Shown here one piece after another: positions 13,908 to 25,926 of a stretch of DNA of 64,000 nt. How positions within the stretch are numbered: the stretch's first letter is position 1; the number at the start of each line of letters is the position of its first letter. A program made the translations under genes and the position numbers. The notes under the pieces were generated by a model, which saw only the letters and a program-made list of their open reading frames with translations, made no database searches and was not told the origin of the DNA. The stretch is taken from the NCBI RefSeq assembly GCF_009914755.1, contig NC_060940.1, one strand, 5' to 3'. This stretch comes from the human T2T-CHM13v2.0 reference genome, Homo sapiens.

Positions 13908-13975
13908 TGTTAATCTCTCCTTTATAACAAAGAGGAAGCAGCTCTTAGGTACAGAGCTTCCCATCACTAACATTT

Positions 13976-14273
13976 AACTAGAATTAAACAACTCTGGGAT
14001 GTTTAAACACGCATTTTTATGTTTTCTTTCTTTCATTTGTGGCAGACAATACTGGTTTACCTGTACAATAAGTGAAACAGAGTTACCATATGAAATGCAT
14101 TTTTTACAAACCTAGGATAATTTCAGATGAGATTGAGCACATTCAGGGTGGTATGGCAGTAGACCCAAGATAATTTCAAAGAAAAATATTAAGTAAATAG
14201 TCATACAGGTTTTACAAAGAAATGCCAGGATAGTGAAGTTGGGAAGCCAAGAGCTAAAGGTGGGGAAACACTG
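13976..14273 (-). mobile_element. MER113-like hAT-Charlie fragment (host of 5S retrocopy)
   Basis: tttgtggcagacaatactggttt...aaagaaaaatattaagtaaatagtcatacagg...ggtggggaaacactg terminus. Confidence 0.65.
14123..14164 (-). pseudogene. 3'-truncated tailless 5S rRNA retropseudogene (nt 1-42)
   Basis: Reverse complement matches human 5S 5' end GTCTACGGCCATACCACCCTGAACGCGCCCGATCTCGTCTGA at 36/42, five of six differences at CpG; TSD ctaggataatttc / ccaagataatttc. Confidence 0.9.
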
Positions 14274-14628
14274 CCTTGGGCTTTAAAGTTCAGAGCCAGG
14301 TTCAAATGGCCCCGTGCTTGTGAAGCCTTCCTCAATCCCTCCTCTGCCACATCAGCCACCGGCTCCCTCCCCACCTTAAGATATTTAGCTCACGCTGTGA
14401 GTGTTATCATTGGCTCTGTATCCTTTAGCCAGAGTCTGAGTCTTTTTATCCCTGTTAGCACTCTCAGTTCTTTCTATCCTTATTCAAATGACATGGTTTT
14501 GGATCCTTCTCCATTTTAGTCACCCTCTTGCAGATAAAGATGATTTTGTCAATGTTCTTCAGAAATTTGATACTTCAATTGTAGCTCCTGTGATCTGGTA
14601 CTTCACTTCTATTGATATAACCCAAGAT

Positions 14629-14630
14629 TG

Positions 14631-14661
<31 letters not shown>
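14629..14661 (+). repeat. Interrupted (TG)n microsatellite
   Basis: Read directly. Confidence 0.95.
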
Positions 14662-14699
14662 AGGAGAGAAAGAAAGACAGAGAAACATTTTTCCTCCAA

Positions 14700-14900
14700 T
14701 AAAATGGGCTCATATTATACAAATTGTTTCCTAACTTGTTTTTTTCTCACTTAATCACACGTCACAAACATCTTTTCAAAGCAATAAATATATATCTCCT
14801 CTATCTTTGTTAATTGCTACATAATAGCCTATTGATGGGTGTGTCATGATTTAGTTAAACAGTAATTTAGTTTTTTCCGAAGTTCCCCCAACTACAAACC
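14700..14900 (-). mobile_element. Old L1ME fragment
   Basis: aaaatgggctcatattatacaaattgtttcctaacttgtttttttctcacttaat...taattgctacataatagcctattg. Confidence 0.55.
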
Positions 14901-15699
14901 AGTCTAATAAGCTCAAGCCAGAATTTGTGACAAACTATTGTCATTATCTCTTGGAGGGGTTCCCTGGGATCTCTTTTGGCCAGTGTTCCCTGCGTGTCTC
15001 GCCTCTGTGCCGGGAGCTGTTGGAGAGGCTGGGAAGGATGAGCAGGCTGGGGAGGACAGATCATCACAGTACTGGGTGCTAGAGGGTGTTCCTAAATGTT
15101 CTGGGAGCAGGAAGGAAACTCTGGCTCATTCTGTCTCAGAAAGGTTGAAGATGGCTTCACATAGGCGGAGATACTTAATTCAGGCTTTGAAGAATAAGTA
15201 GGAATCCAGTTTTGAAGACTAAATTGAGCATTGGCTCAGCTGAAGCCACTCTGGACATCCCATCGAATCTAGGACCAAGCTCCTGAACAACTCAGATAAC
15301 CTGGAATGGTTCAGGTCCTTGGGCCATGACTTCCAAAAAAAAGACTGGTCCCTGGGCCATTTTCACTTGTTCCCGGACACCACAGTCCTGACTTTTCAGT
15401 GTTCGAGGATCTTAGGGGCAAATTGAAGTCCAGGCAGTGTGGATGTAATCGCTGAACCTTCATCACAACAAACCAGAGGATATGGAGCCAGCTTTTATGA
15501 ACCCCTCTTACTCCTAGCCAGTTAACTGTGTGTAATCTCCCCGCAGATCCACATGACTGGTTCTGGCTGGTTAGGATGACTGACAGGCCACTTATTACTC
15601 CTGTCTGCCCCTACCTGGCCCCTCGAGAGGCTTTTATTAGCCCTGCACCTGGGTGAGTTTGGGCTCGGAAAACACCTCTCCTTGAGGCAGTCTCAAGAC

Positions 15700-16290
15700 G
15701 ATGTTTTCTCACCTGAAATAACGGGCACCTTTATTGTTTTTGAAAGAAAGAAAAATCTCATAATTGAAGTAAAAGAGGAATATACTTCTGGTTTTCCTAA
15801 CGTGTGTCTGTGGAGCAGGGAGGCAACTCTGCCACCGGAGGGACCGCAGTTCTGAATAAGAGTGCAGTCCTGCCATTATAACTCACTCCAGCAGGACTCA
15901 CCCATCACAGTCCCCATTTGTTAAAATGCCTACCTAATGGTTATGGAAAATGCACTTGCAAACTGACACCTCATTGGGTTGAAAAGCTCTTAAAATTCTG
16001 GAATGTCATCACAAGCCGCACTTCTCCTAATGCAATAATGCTTTCCTAGAGAAAACATCCTCCACCAGCCCCCGTCACTGCCAAGGAGAAAGTCAGATGG
16101 AGAAGGTTTTCAGCAAATTGACAAACTGAGCTAAAGTTTATTTAATTTAATTTCAAAAAGGATAGATCTGGAAATAACATTGCTGGATTCATGTGCTGGA
16201 AAAATCGATGCTACGATTTTTTATCTTCTTCCTTTCTACTCTCTTGCCAGGGGCTGGTGTAATAAGTCATTAGGACTGGTAAAGCAAACA
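15700..16290. promoter_or_regulatory. Candidate conserved non-coding element / enhancer
   Basis: Repeat-free; NFAT TGGAAAA (15944-15950), T-box TGACACCT (15964-15971), TEAD TGGAATGT (15999-16006), multiple TAAT. Confidence 0.45.
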
Positions 16291-16429
16291 ACCAGCACCC
16301 CCGCCTCTCCAGCTTCTCATCTCAACCCCAGGGGCTCTGGTGATGGACAGGCTTGAGGACTCCAACTCTTCTTTCAACCAGCAGCTCACATTTACACTGA
16401 GCAGGGTCCCCCCAACCCCAAGGAAATAT

Positions 16430-16655
16430 TAATAGCACAGTGTTTACCGCTTCTCTGGGCCAGGTACTGTTCTAAGTGCTTTATTTGCATGATTTCAAAT
16501 GAGCATCACTACTCTCAGAAGTAGGGATTTTTAAAAAATCCCTATTTCATAGATAGGGAAACTGAGACCTAGAGGAGTCAAATCATTCACATAGGTGACA
16601 GATCTAGCACATAAGGAGTCAGGATCTGAATCCAGGTGGTTTAATTTCAGAACTC
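16430..16655 (-). mobile_element. MIR
   Basis: gggccaggtactgttctaagtgcttta...cctatttcatagatagggaaactgagacctagagg...ggagtcaggatctgaatccagg. Confidence 0.8.
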
Positions 16656-17944
16656 AGCTGTGAGCAGATGAGGAAAGCAGGTGGAGGTCTGCTCCCAGCT
16701 CACTCTGCAGTCCTCCTGGGGTGAGGTGGAAGTGAAGGACTGTAGACCCAGCTGTCCTCAACTTTCTTCGGATGAATTTGTCCGGCAAATGCTGTTTTAT
16801 GTGCTTTTGTTTGGGTAAAAAGCCCCGCCTTTGGAGGAAATCTTCCTTTGTCCCTAGGGAAGCCTGGGGAGGCTGGAAGTGCCTGTGTTCTCCCCGGAGC
16901 TCTTGGTCTCCAAGACAACCACCAGGCTGAGAGGAGAAGCTCCTGGGCCACAGGGAGGCGATGTCCAGGCACAAAGCTGCTCATGGGCCCCCTGGCTGGA
17001 CCTCGCTGGGGGCTGAGAGCCTCCACAGGGATCTGGCCTTGCTCCCCGACTTCAGTTTGCCACAGAGAATCCCTGAGATGAGTGAAGTCTTGAATCCAGC
17101 CTCAGCTTTGAGCATTGTTTGGAAAGTGGCAAGAGTCAATTCATGGAAAATCAATTTGTCAAACAAGCAATACGGTACACCAATTGCTCAATATATCCAG
17201 TAATTGAGGAATCTGTCAATGTTTAGTTTTACTCCTGCCTCTGCCCCAGGGGCTGTCAAATCATACCTTAACCTGGGCCTAGGGCAGCCCTCTTTAGCTG
17301 CTTTCCCTCCAGAAAGCAGAAAAGACAGACACCTGCAACTATAGAGAAGACACAGTGTGCTTAAGAAGAAGCCCATTTGAATTTAAAAACAGCAGCAGGA
17401 TTAAGGACAAATAATAATTTTCCTTAACAAAACCTCAGTGAATTCAGTGAATCGGTAGTTTGATGAGTTGAGGGAGGACCATTTCATCCTCAGTTCCTTG
17501 GGCAGCTACTTTCACATGCTTCGGACCAAACTGCCCCAGCAATGACCAAACTGCCTCTGTGGTCACCTGGACAAAGCTCCTTCCTGACCTCTTTGATTTG
17601 AGCACCTCCAGTGCCAGTGAACTCATGACCCAATTGTTGGAGGTTCTGATGTTTAGAAAGTGGATTCCTCAAATCAGCTGATATCCAACTCTCTGGAGTT
17701 TGAACACATCCTGCAGAGTTTTGCCTTTAGGGGCCTATGGAACTTTTTATACGTGAGAAGCCAGGCAAGGGTCCAGTATAAAACAGCATGAAAATAATTA
17801 ATCTTCACCCAAGCAATACATGCATGTGGCTGAAAATAATTGACCCATCAATTGGGATGATCATGAAAAACAATAATGCCCCCTCTCTCCCTTCATTTTT
17901 CCTAGTCCTGCTCCCCAGAGGTGTTCACTTTTATTTAAGGAAAA

Positions 17945-18125
17945 TTTTAATTGAAATATAACTTACAAACAGAAAAATGCACATATATCATAGGTATATG
18001 CTGATGATTTTCTCGAAGTGAACTATCTTTAACCAGACCAAGAAGTGGAGGAATAATGCACCCCAGAAACCAGCCCCCACCTTCCAAAGTCAGCCACTAT
18101 TTTGACCTCTCACACCATAAAGTAC
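17945..18125 (-). mobile_element. L1ME 3' terminus
   Basis: ttttaattgaaatataacttacaaacagaaaaatgcacatatatc...cagaccaagaag...caccccagaaacc...ccactattttgacctctcacaccata. Confidence 0.7.
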
Positions 18126-18578
18126 CTAAAAGCCACTGATTTAAAGCTTTCTGTCTTTAGTTCTCCTGCTGGTTACTTCCACATGTCTAAATGACGTAAT
18201 TACACAGTTGCTCTTCGTTGATCAATCCTTAGACACTGTCTTTTGACTTCCTCCCATGATAAAACATTTAGTTTTCTCATAGCAGCCTCCACATTCTGGC
18301 TTCTCTTCTCCAAACAGAATTAAATCACGGTTTTCTGTTCCTCCACTCATTGGTCATCTCTGCCTCATTCTAAAACTTCCATTTCTTCTTTCATCCACTA
18401 TCGACAATAGCATTTGCCTCCTCATTCCCTCTCTGTCCCCGTAATCCTTCCAAGTGCTCCGTATCTTTTATTTTGTTAAATTGGATAACTTTTATATTTT
18501 GTCCTGTAACTGTAGGTAAATCTGTGGGGTTTGTCTATAGGTTGATCTAAAATATTAAACACAAAAAATAGTGTTTAG

Positions 18579-18876
<298 letters not shown>

Positions 18877-19254
18877 AGGAGATTTTCATAATGTTGTGCA
18901 TTGCAGAACCAAGCAGCATCCTCAGATTATAGGTCCTTCTCTGTGAGTTCAATGTCATGCCTCTTGGGCCACTAAATATTCTTAGAGTCTGCAGCACTGT
19001 TGTACGTATTTTCACATTCTTCCTGTAGTGACTGCAAGAAGGAGGGACTCATGAGTGTCAAGTAAATGGCCTGAAGCTTTTGGTTTTAGCAATACCAGGA
19101 TAAAACTCACCTATGTTCTCCATATTGGTGGCAGTCTTGTGTTCTTTTTATTAGAACCAACCCTGATTGGAGTGTTTGCTTTTACACCAAGATTTCTGAA
19201 GGGCTGGTCCTCAAATGAGAGGCAGGATTTACCTTTAAGATAACTTAAATACTT

Positions 19255-19990
19255 GGGCGGGTGATGTCAAAAGTCTATGTGTTCTTAATTGCAGGTAGTC
19301 ATAAAATTGGTAGATGATTGATTTATGCCAGCACTCAGTTTTAGGAGAAGGGCGACTATGAGTGAAAAATACAGTATGTGAAGTGGTTTAATTTTTTCTT
19401 TGGATTACCCTTTACCAGGTAGCATGTAATTGTATTAGTAATCGGAGTCCTTCGAGCAGAATCTCAAACAAAGGATTAGCGGGAAGGAAGATGGAAGAAT
19501 GCTGACTTCACAATAACTCACTGCCTTCCTAACGTGATTATATAAATAAATTCAAGCAATATTTTCCAAGACACTGGAGCCTGATCGTAAAGGCGTGAGG
19601 GGGCCCGGGGCCTCTGCATGGCTCCTGGTTTGTGGGCAGTAACTGATTGCTGTGGTTGCGAAGGGCAGTCCCCAGGTGGTGAAATATCCAATATCTCTGA
19701 ATTATCTGTCAGCACTCAGAAATTATTGAAGCCATGCAGACTTCTCCAGTGGGGAGCAGGAACATCTTGGCTTCATTTGGCTAAACAATGGGGCTAAAAT
19801 GGAAACGCCCCTGCTGTGACCTCCCCCCGGCCCATTGAGGTCATCCGGCTAGCCGTCAGCCGTGGGAGCCATGCAGGGCCGGCTCTGGACACTGCTAACT
19901 TCTTGACCCCCGGAGCCAAGGAGTCCTTGGAGCTGAATTTCAGGCTCCTATCTCACCGCCAGCAGGGGATTAGCTAATCCATCCTGTTTT
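19255..19990. promoter_or_regulatory. Candidate HOX/PBX/MEIS and K50-homeodomain enhancer
   Basis: TGTCAA (19265-19270), GTCATAAAA (19298-19306), overlapping TGATTGAT/TGATTTAT (19315-19326), GGATTA sites, palindrome GGATTAGCTAATCC (19967-19980). Confidence 0.5.
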
Positions 19991-20305
19991 GTTCTTCTCG
20001 TCCACATCGACAAAGGCAGCAGGCACAGTCCTCCCTTGCTGAATGAAGCAAGGTCTGGAAGATACATCAGAGAGCAGTGACATGCTGTCCACATTGTCTG
20101 CTCGAAAGTCTTTGAATCGCTGTTTTCACTTAAGCCTCAGCACTGCCTTTGAGGCCTCAGTTATTCCATTTCTGTTTCGCCGAGCTAGGCATGACAGAAC
20201 AATGGAGCAAGACACTTTCCTCCAGGTTCCCCCAGACGTCTGTCCAGTTGCTTGAGATAATGGTTAAAATCCCAAGTGCTTCATAGCCCCTTTCAAAATA
20301 AGTCA

Positions 20306-20599
<294 letters not shown>

Positions 20600-21614
20600 T
20601 CATGGAATCCAGGTTACAGGAAGCTCTGGACCATGGAACTCTCCATGAGAGGTGGGCACTAGGCATAGGAGATTTTGGCGATGGGTATCAACCTCAAGGG
20701 CCAGGGGTGGTGGATGTCAAAGTTGCCCAGCAAGGCTTGAAAGCCAACCTTACTAGCTGTGTGCAAGCCACTTGATTTCTAAACCTCAATTTCCTCATCA
20801 TTTAAACAGGAGTAATTACAATTCCATTAGTGTAGGGACCCCATGAAACAATGGATGGGGCGATGATTAGCAGACTTTATGCAAAAATGAGGGGTTGGTG
20901 TTACTTAACTCTTTGGCCGTGCTCATTGGCATATAGGCTGAGGGCCGATCAAATGAGTTTCCTTGGGGTCCCTGATGAATTTGGCGTTTTCTGGCTTTGT
21001 TCATTCAGCTCTCTGCCTGGAATGTTCTCGTTTCCCCCTCTGCCTGATTTCCATCCAATACTCGTGGATTGTCCATAGCATTTCCTCGGTCTTCATGGAA
21101 CAAGACCTTGCTCAGCCTCTAATATCCCAATACCTTTGCCTCCTACAGCCCTAACTCGACATGGTATCTCTGAGCACAGTGGCAACCACTACACTGGTGG
21201 TCGCCTTGCATCTGACACTGGGAATGCCTCCAAAGAGAGGCCCAAAGGAAGCTGGGAGGAGTGGCTCTGTCAGTCTTTGCTGAGGAATAGGAATCATCAT
21301 GAATGTGAGAACTCCTCCAGGGGAGATAGAGATTTACAGCCCAGCTACTGGATCACCATTAATTTAAATTAGCTATTTAAATGGAGGCCTTCTGTGTCCA
21401 GCCTGCACTTGCGTGAAGCTGAGAGTTGTGCCTCCTTACAATTTTTTACCCCAGCACTTCACTTACCTCACCCTAGCCCCAGCTCTGCTTTTCTGTGCCA
21501 GAAATGGTGGGGAATTCAGTGACAAAGAGTAAGATACAGTTGTTGCCTTCAGGAGGCTTGTCGTATACTAGGAGGGACTAAGCAGGCATATTAGCATAAA
21601 TAATAAGAAATTTC

Positions 21615-22000
21615 AATTTAGTTATTTTTGCAACAAATATTTACCAATCTTTATTCCAGGCACTTACTAGACACTGTGGATTCAGAATGGGATGCGCTCG
21701 GTGCTGTTGCCCTTGCGGAGCTCATGGCCCAGTAGGGGAGATGGACCTGTGCTTGGACAGTTCAAGTCGAGTGTGATGAGCGCTGTGGTAGGGATGTGCT
21801 GGGGTTTGAGAGAACACTGAAAGACAGTGCAGAGTTAGGAAGTCAGGGAGGCTTCTCAGAGGTGACAGCATCCAGCTGAGATCTGACAGGAGAGGAGCTG
21901 GCCAGACAAGCTCCTCTTGGTAGGTAGATAAGAGAACACTTCCAAAGGGAGCAGAGATATGCAGAGGCACATGTGAGCAAAAAGAAGACAATTTGGTATT
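21615..22000 (-). mobile_element. L2 fragment
   Basis: caacaaatattta...gcccttgcggagctcatggcccagtagggga...gtcagggaggcttctcagaggtgacagcatccagctgagatctga. Confidence 0.75.
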
Positions 22001-22114
22001 GCTAGAGCGCAGAGTAGGATGGGTGGTGGGGATGGAAAGTGTGGTGAGTCATCTAATGAAACCTTGGAATTACCCTGTAATACCCGGGGAATTACCCGGT
22101 AAACTTACAAGACT

Positions 22115-22250
22115 GTCGTTATCATGTTCGCATTACAGATGAAGAAATGAGGTTCAGAGAGGTTGGGTAGCTTGTCCAAATCACAGAGCTAGCAAGGGCT
22201 AGTGCTGAAATTTTGAGCTTGACTGGTCCAGTTCCAAATACCTTGCCCTT
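22115..22250 (-). mobile_element. MIR
   Basis: ttacagatgaagaaatgaggttcagagaggttgggtagcttgtccaaatcacagagctag. Confidence 0.75.
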
Positions 22251-22269
22251 GGAGGGGTGTGATAGCCTG

Positions 22270-22490
22270 GCCTGGGCTGTCTGCTTCTACTGCCAACAAG
22301 CTATGTGACATTGAGCAAGTTAATTAACTGCTCTGTGCTTCAGATTCCTCAGCCACAAAAATGGGAATGGAAGTTAATATCTACCCCACAGGGCTGGGTT
22401 TTCCGAGGATTAAAAATTTAATACATGTGAAGAATTTTATAGACAGTCTAACATGTAGTAAGGGCCCAATCAATATTAGCTCCTATTATT
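22270..22490 (+). mobile_element. MIR
   Basis: gctatgtgacattgagcaagttaattaactgctctgtgcttcag...gaggattaaa...taatacatgtgaag...caatattagctcctattatt. Confidence 0.8.
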
Positions 22491-23670
22491 AGGGTGGATT
22501 AAAAAAGAGAGGAACTGAAAAATCACATCTCAATTTGGAGTCCTTTGCAATTGTGGGGATGAGAGGTATTGGCATGGAGGGTGAAGGAAAGGGCAAGTGT
22601 GTACGTAAAATGCCATATTCCCTTCTAAAGCTGTTAGTCTAGAGACAGCCTCAGCCACCTTCTGGCCTTGGTTTCTTTGTCCCTTTCTGCTGCCCGCAGA
22701 TAGGAGGGGACGAACGTGTGCTGCCTTGAGGAGGGTTGGTGCTCCTGAGAAAAATATAGATTTCTTTTGCGAGCTTCAGGAAACCGCATCCCAGTGGGCA
22801 CTGCAGTATTGACTGACCTGCTGGGACGTGTGGTTGCCAGGAGCAATGCAATCAGCTTCTTGGCCCAGTCCTTCTCCCCGTTGCTCCCAATGACTCTATT
22901 TCCATCCAAGTGGTTTAGGGCCCTGTCACTTCCCAGTACTTTCTGTTTTCCTTCCCTGGAGGTGGGGAGCCAGATGCTATGACCTGGTCAGAGGCAGGGT
23001 GGATGGAGGGGTCAGCCAGGGACTCCCGAGCTTGGTGAGAAGGAGACAGCTGGTGGAGTGCCATGCACCGTCTGTGAGGCAAGCAGCTCCAGCTTCAGTG
23101 GGATCTGTGGGCACCGAGAAGAGGCGCCACCCCATAGCATCCTCTGGTCCCTCCTCTTTCAGGCCTTGGTACTCTCAGCCCTGGCTGGTCATGTCTTTGG
23201 GCGACTTGCCTGACCTGTGTCTGTTCACATGCTGGGGACTGTGGCAGAAAAGGTTCAGAGAAAAGAAAGAGTCAGCAAGGTTTGAGGAAGTTTGGGGAGG
23301 CTTTGGGGAAGAGGATAGTGAGGAGGGTAGAGGGAGGTTTTCTGGAAAGAGAGGGAAGGAGGGACAGGTGCTGCAGTGGAGGGAGCATCGGACTGAGCTC
23401 TGAACACTCTGATGGAATCCTCTCCATCTAGTGTCCTCGCTGCATTCCCAGAACTAGCACAAGGTCAGAGTAGGAGCGCACCAGAGTCCAAAAATGAGTG
23501 AATTACTGCCAGAGTTGGAGGTTTGGGTTCTAGTTTTAGCTGTATCATTACCTTGATTTGTGGCCTTGACAATTTATATTCACTTTTTGAACTGGGGGTG
23601 TGGCCAATGCAACACAAACCACAAGACCTGAGAGTGGGGATGATGGCAGGTCCCACAAAGGAAAACTGGG

Positions 23671-23982
23671 GGTCAGGAGGGTGTAGTGGCTCAGGCCTGT
23701 AATCCCGACACTTTGGAAGGCTGAGGTGGGAGGATTGCTTGAGGCCAGAAGTTGCAGACCAGCCTGATCAACACAGTAAGACCCTATCTCTACAAAAAAT
23801 TTTAAAAAGTCATCAGGCATGGCAGTGTGTACCTGTAGTTTCAGCTGTTCGGGAGGCTGAGGTTGGAAGATCACTTGAGCCCAGGAGGTAGAGGTTGCAG
23901 TGAGCAGAGATCATAGAGATCATGCCACTGCACTCCAGCCTGGGTGACACAGCAAGACCCTATCTTCCCCCACCGAAAAAAA
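23671..23982 (+). mobile_element. AluJ with internal 9-bp duplication and eroded tail
   Basis: agagatcat duplicated at ~23906-23923; tail reduced to ttcccccaccgaaaaaa. Confidence 0.9.
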
Positions 23983-24027
23983 TGGGTGTCATTACCAGAG
24001 GCAGGAGAATGGATGGTAGGAAGGCCT

Positions 24028-24100
24028 TCACTCACACACACACTGACTCTCTCACACACACACACACACACACTGACACACACATGCACACACATACACA
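24028..24100 (+). repeat. Imperfect (CA)n
   Basis: Read directly. Confidence 0.9.
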
Positions 24101-24451
24101 GAGGGATGCTCTGCATATACACAGTGGTTCTTTGCTCCCTGTGACTCTTCCCACATCCCTCACAAAAACCACGTTATTCACAGTAATAACCGTGGGTCAG
24201 TGCATTGTTGGAGGTTCTGATGAGAAATTGGGACTCTAGCTTCTCAGCTCAGTAGTGGGGCTTCTTCACACCACCCTGGGATAGATGCTTAAAGTCCTGC
24301 AGAATCCTGGCGTGTGATTTTTCAGGACCTGATAATATTCCAGAGGGGAAGAAAGGGCAGATGCATTGACTGACTAATGGGTTCATTCACTATCAAGCAT
24401 TCCAAAGCATCTTTTCCTTGTCAGGCTCTGGGGCTGATTATGGAAAGTACA

Positions 24452-24690
24452 TGAGTCAGTGCAGGCTACATTATGTTGGCATAAGAAGCATCCTCTCATG
24501 TAAATCTCCAAGCCTACTAACAACAAAGATTTATTTCCTGCTCATGCTGTGAAATCATCACAAGTTGGCTGAGGGTTTATTTTTCACCCTTCCTATGGGA
24601 TTGAGCTCATAGAACAGCCACCGTCTGGAATATTGCGCTCCTTGTGGCAGGAGAGTAGAGCTGTTGAGGCACACACTGGGTTTCAGGGGT
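24452..24690 (-). mobile_element. MLT1I/J-like fragment
   Basis: aggctacattatgttggcataagaagc...caacaaagatttatttcctgctcatgc...agccaccgtctggaatattgc...ttgtggcaggag. Confidence 0.55.
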
Positions 24691-24999
24691 AGAGGTGAGT
24701 GAAGTGGGGAGAGGAGGGAGGGATAGGCCTGGTAAAGTGGGTGGAGGCTTGATGGTGAAGATCCTTGAGGAGTTCATGGTAGGAGTTGGACTTCATCTTG
24801 TAGACAGACCTTCCTCAGAGCTGGCCTCACCTCTAGAGTTGAACCTGAACTTTCCCTTTTGGCATCCAGGATGAGAACAGGTGCCTGCTCTGGACAGGTC
24901 CATGGTCCTGGGGAACTCCTGGTCACAATTTCACACATCATCAGATCCTGCCTTGGTGTGGCCTGACCTGGAAAATCTATGTCACTGAGGAGAAGCCGT

Positions 25000-25690
25000 T
25001 TAGAAGAGATAACTGGAATGCACTCTCAGTTTAGATTTAAGCTCTCACCATCTCACCATAAGTAAGTGCCAAGCGGTTATTAAACAATACATTTGCAGAA
25101 TTCTGACAACTGTAAGAACCGTTCTTCTCCTACAGTGAATATTTCCCCGTAAATAAACTTGTAATACTCCACTGGCTTTTAATTAACCCTACTCGCCTCT
25201 AAACCCATTTATCTTTTAAAAAGATAGTTGTTCCATGTGCAATATGTGTCAATAGATAATTAAAATGTTTTTCTTAGAGAATGAACAGGGAGATGTGATT
25301 TATGCATTTCAGAACCTCGTTATTAAAAATGTTATTTATTGAGGTTTAACACCTGTTACTAGGTAACCATATAGTGACTGTGTCTCTTTAATATCCAAAT
25401 TAAACTGGCACTGCAGACAGAATGTGAGATGTTAGCAAATTTCTTGGGTCATAATTAAATAGTACAAGTGACAAACGTTCAATTCTTATTTAGGAATCAA
25501 ACACCATGATGTGGCTTCCTTATAATGAGGAGTTGGGAGGGCGTGTCCTTGTCGTTCTGGGAACAGCCTGGCTGTGTCGCTATTTCAAACAAAGACATTT
25601 CATGTTTTCCAGAGCAGCAGTTTCTTCTAGAAATAATAGCTACAAAGTGTTCTGGGAACCTCAGAAGAAAAGATGATGTGAAACTGCTTT
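25000..25690. promoter_or_regulatory. Candidate conserved enhancer with T-box/E-box/RFX composite
   Basis: AT-rich unique DNA; GTAAATAAA (25149-25157), TGATTTATG (25296-25304), TAACACCT (25347-25354), X-box GTTACTAGGTAAC (25355-25367). Confidence 0.5.
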
Positions 25691-25926
25691 GGCGAGTGGA
25701 GACTTTTCCAGTGCTAGCAGCTGACCTGAGCCCCACCCCTGGAAGTAGACTTGTGGTCTGGTGGTCTCTACTCTCAGAGAGGAGCCCCTACCCACTGGAA
25801 GCAGGCAGCTCTGGCAAAGGGGCTCCTGCCTCTCCAGGCTGCCCCTCTCTACCCACCCTGAAGAAGCTTCATGCCCACACCTCAGTCTAAAGAGGCTGCT
25901 TGCTATTTCATTTTCCATTTGCCCCA

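Noticed and set aside
14123-14164. Functional 5S rRNA gene
   Set aside because: Only nt 1-42, CpG-decayed, lacks the internal control region and terminator.
19800-19920. CpG island or promoter
   Set aside because: Only a short, modest CpG enrichment, well below island length.
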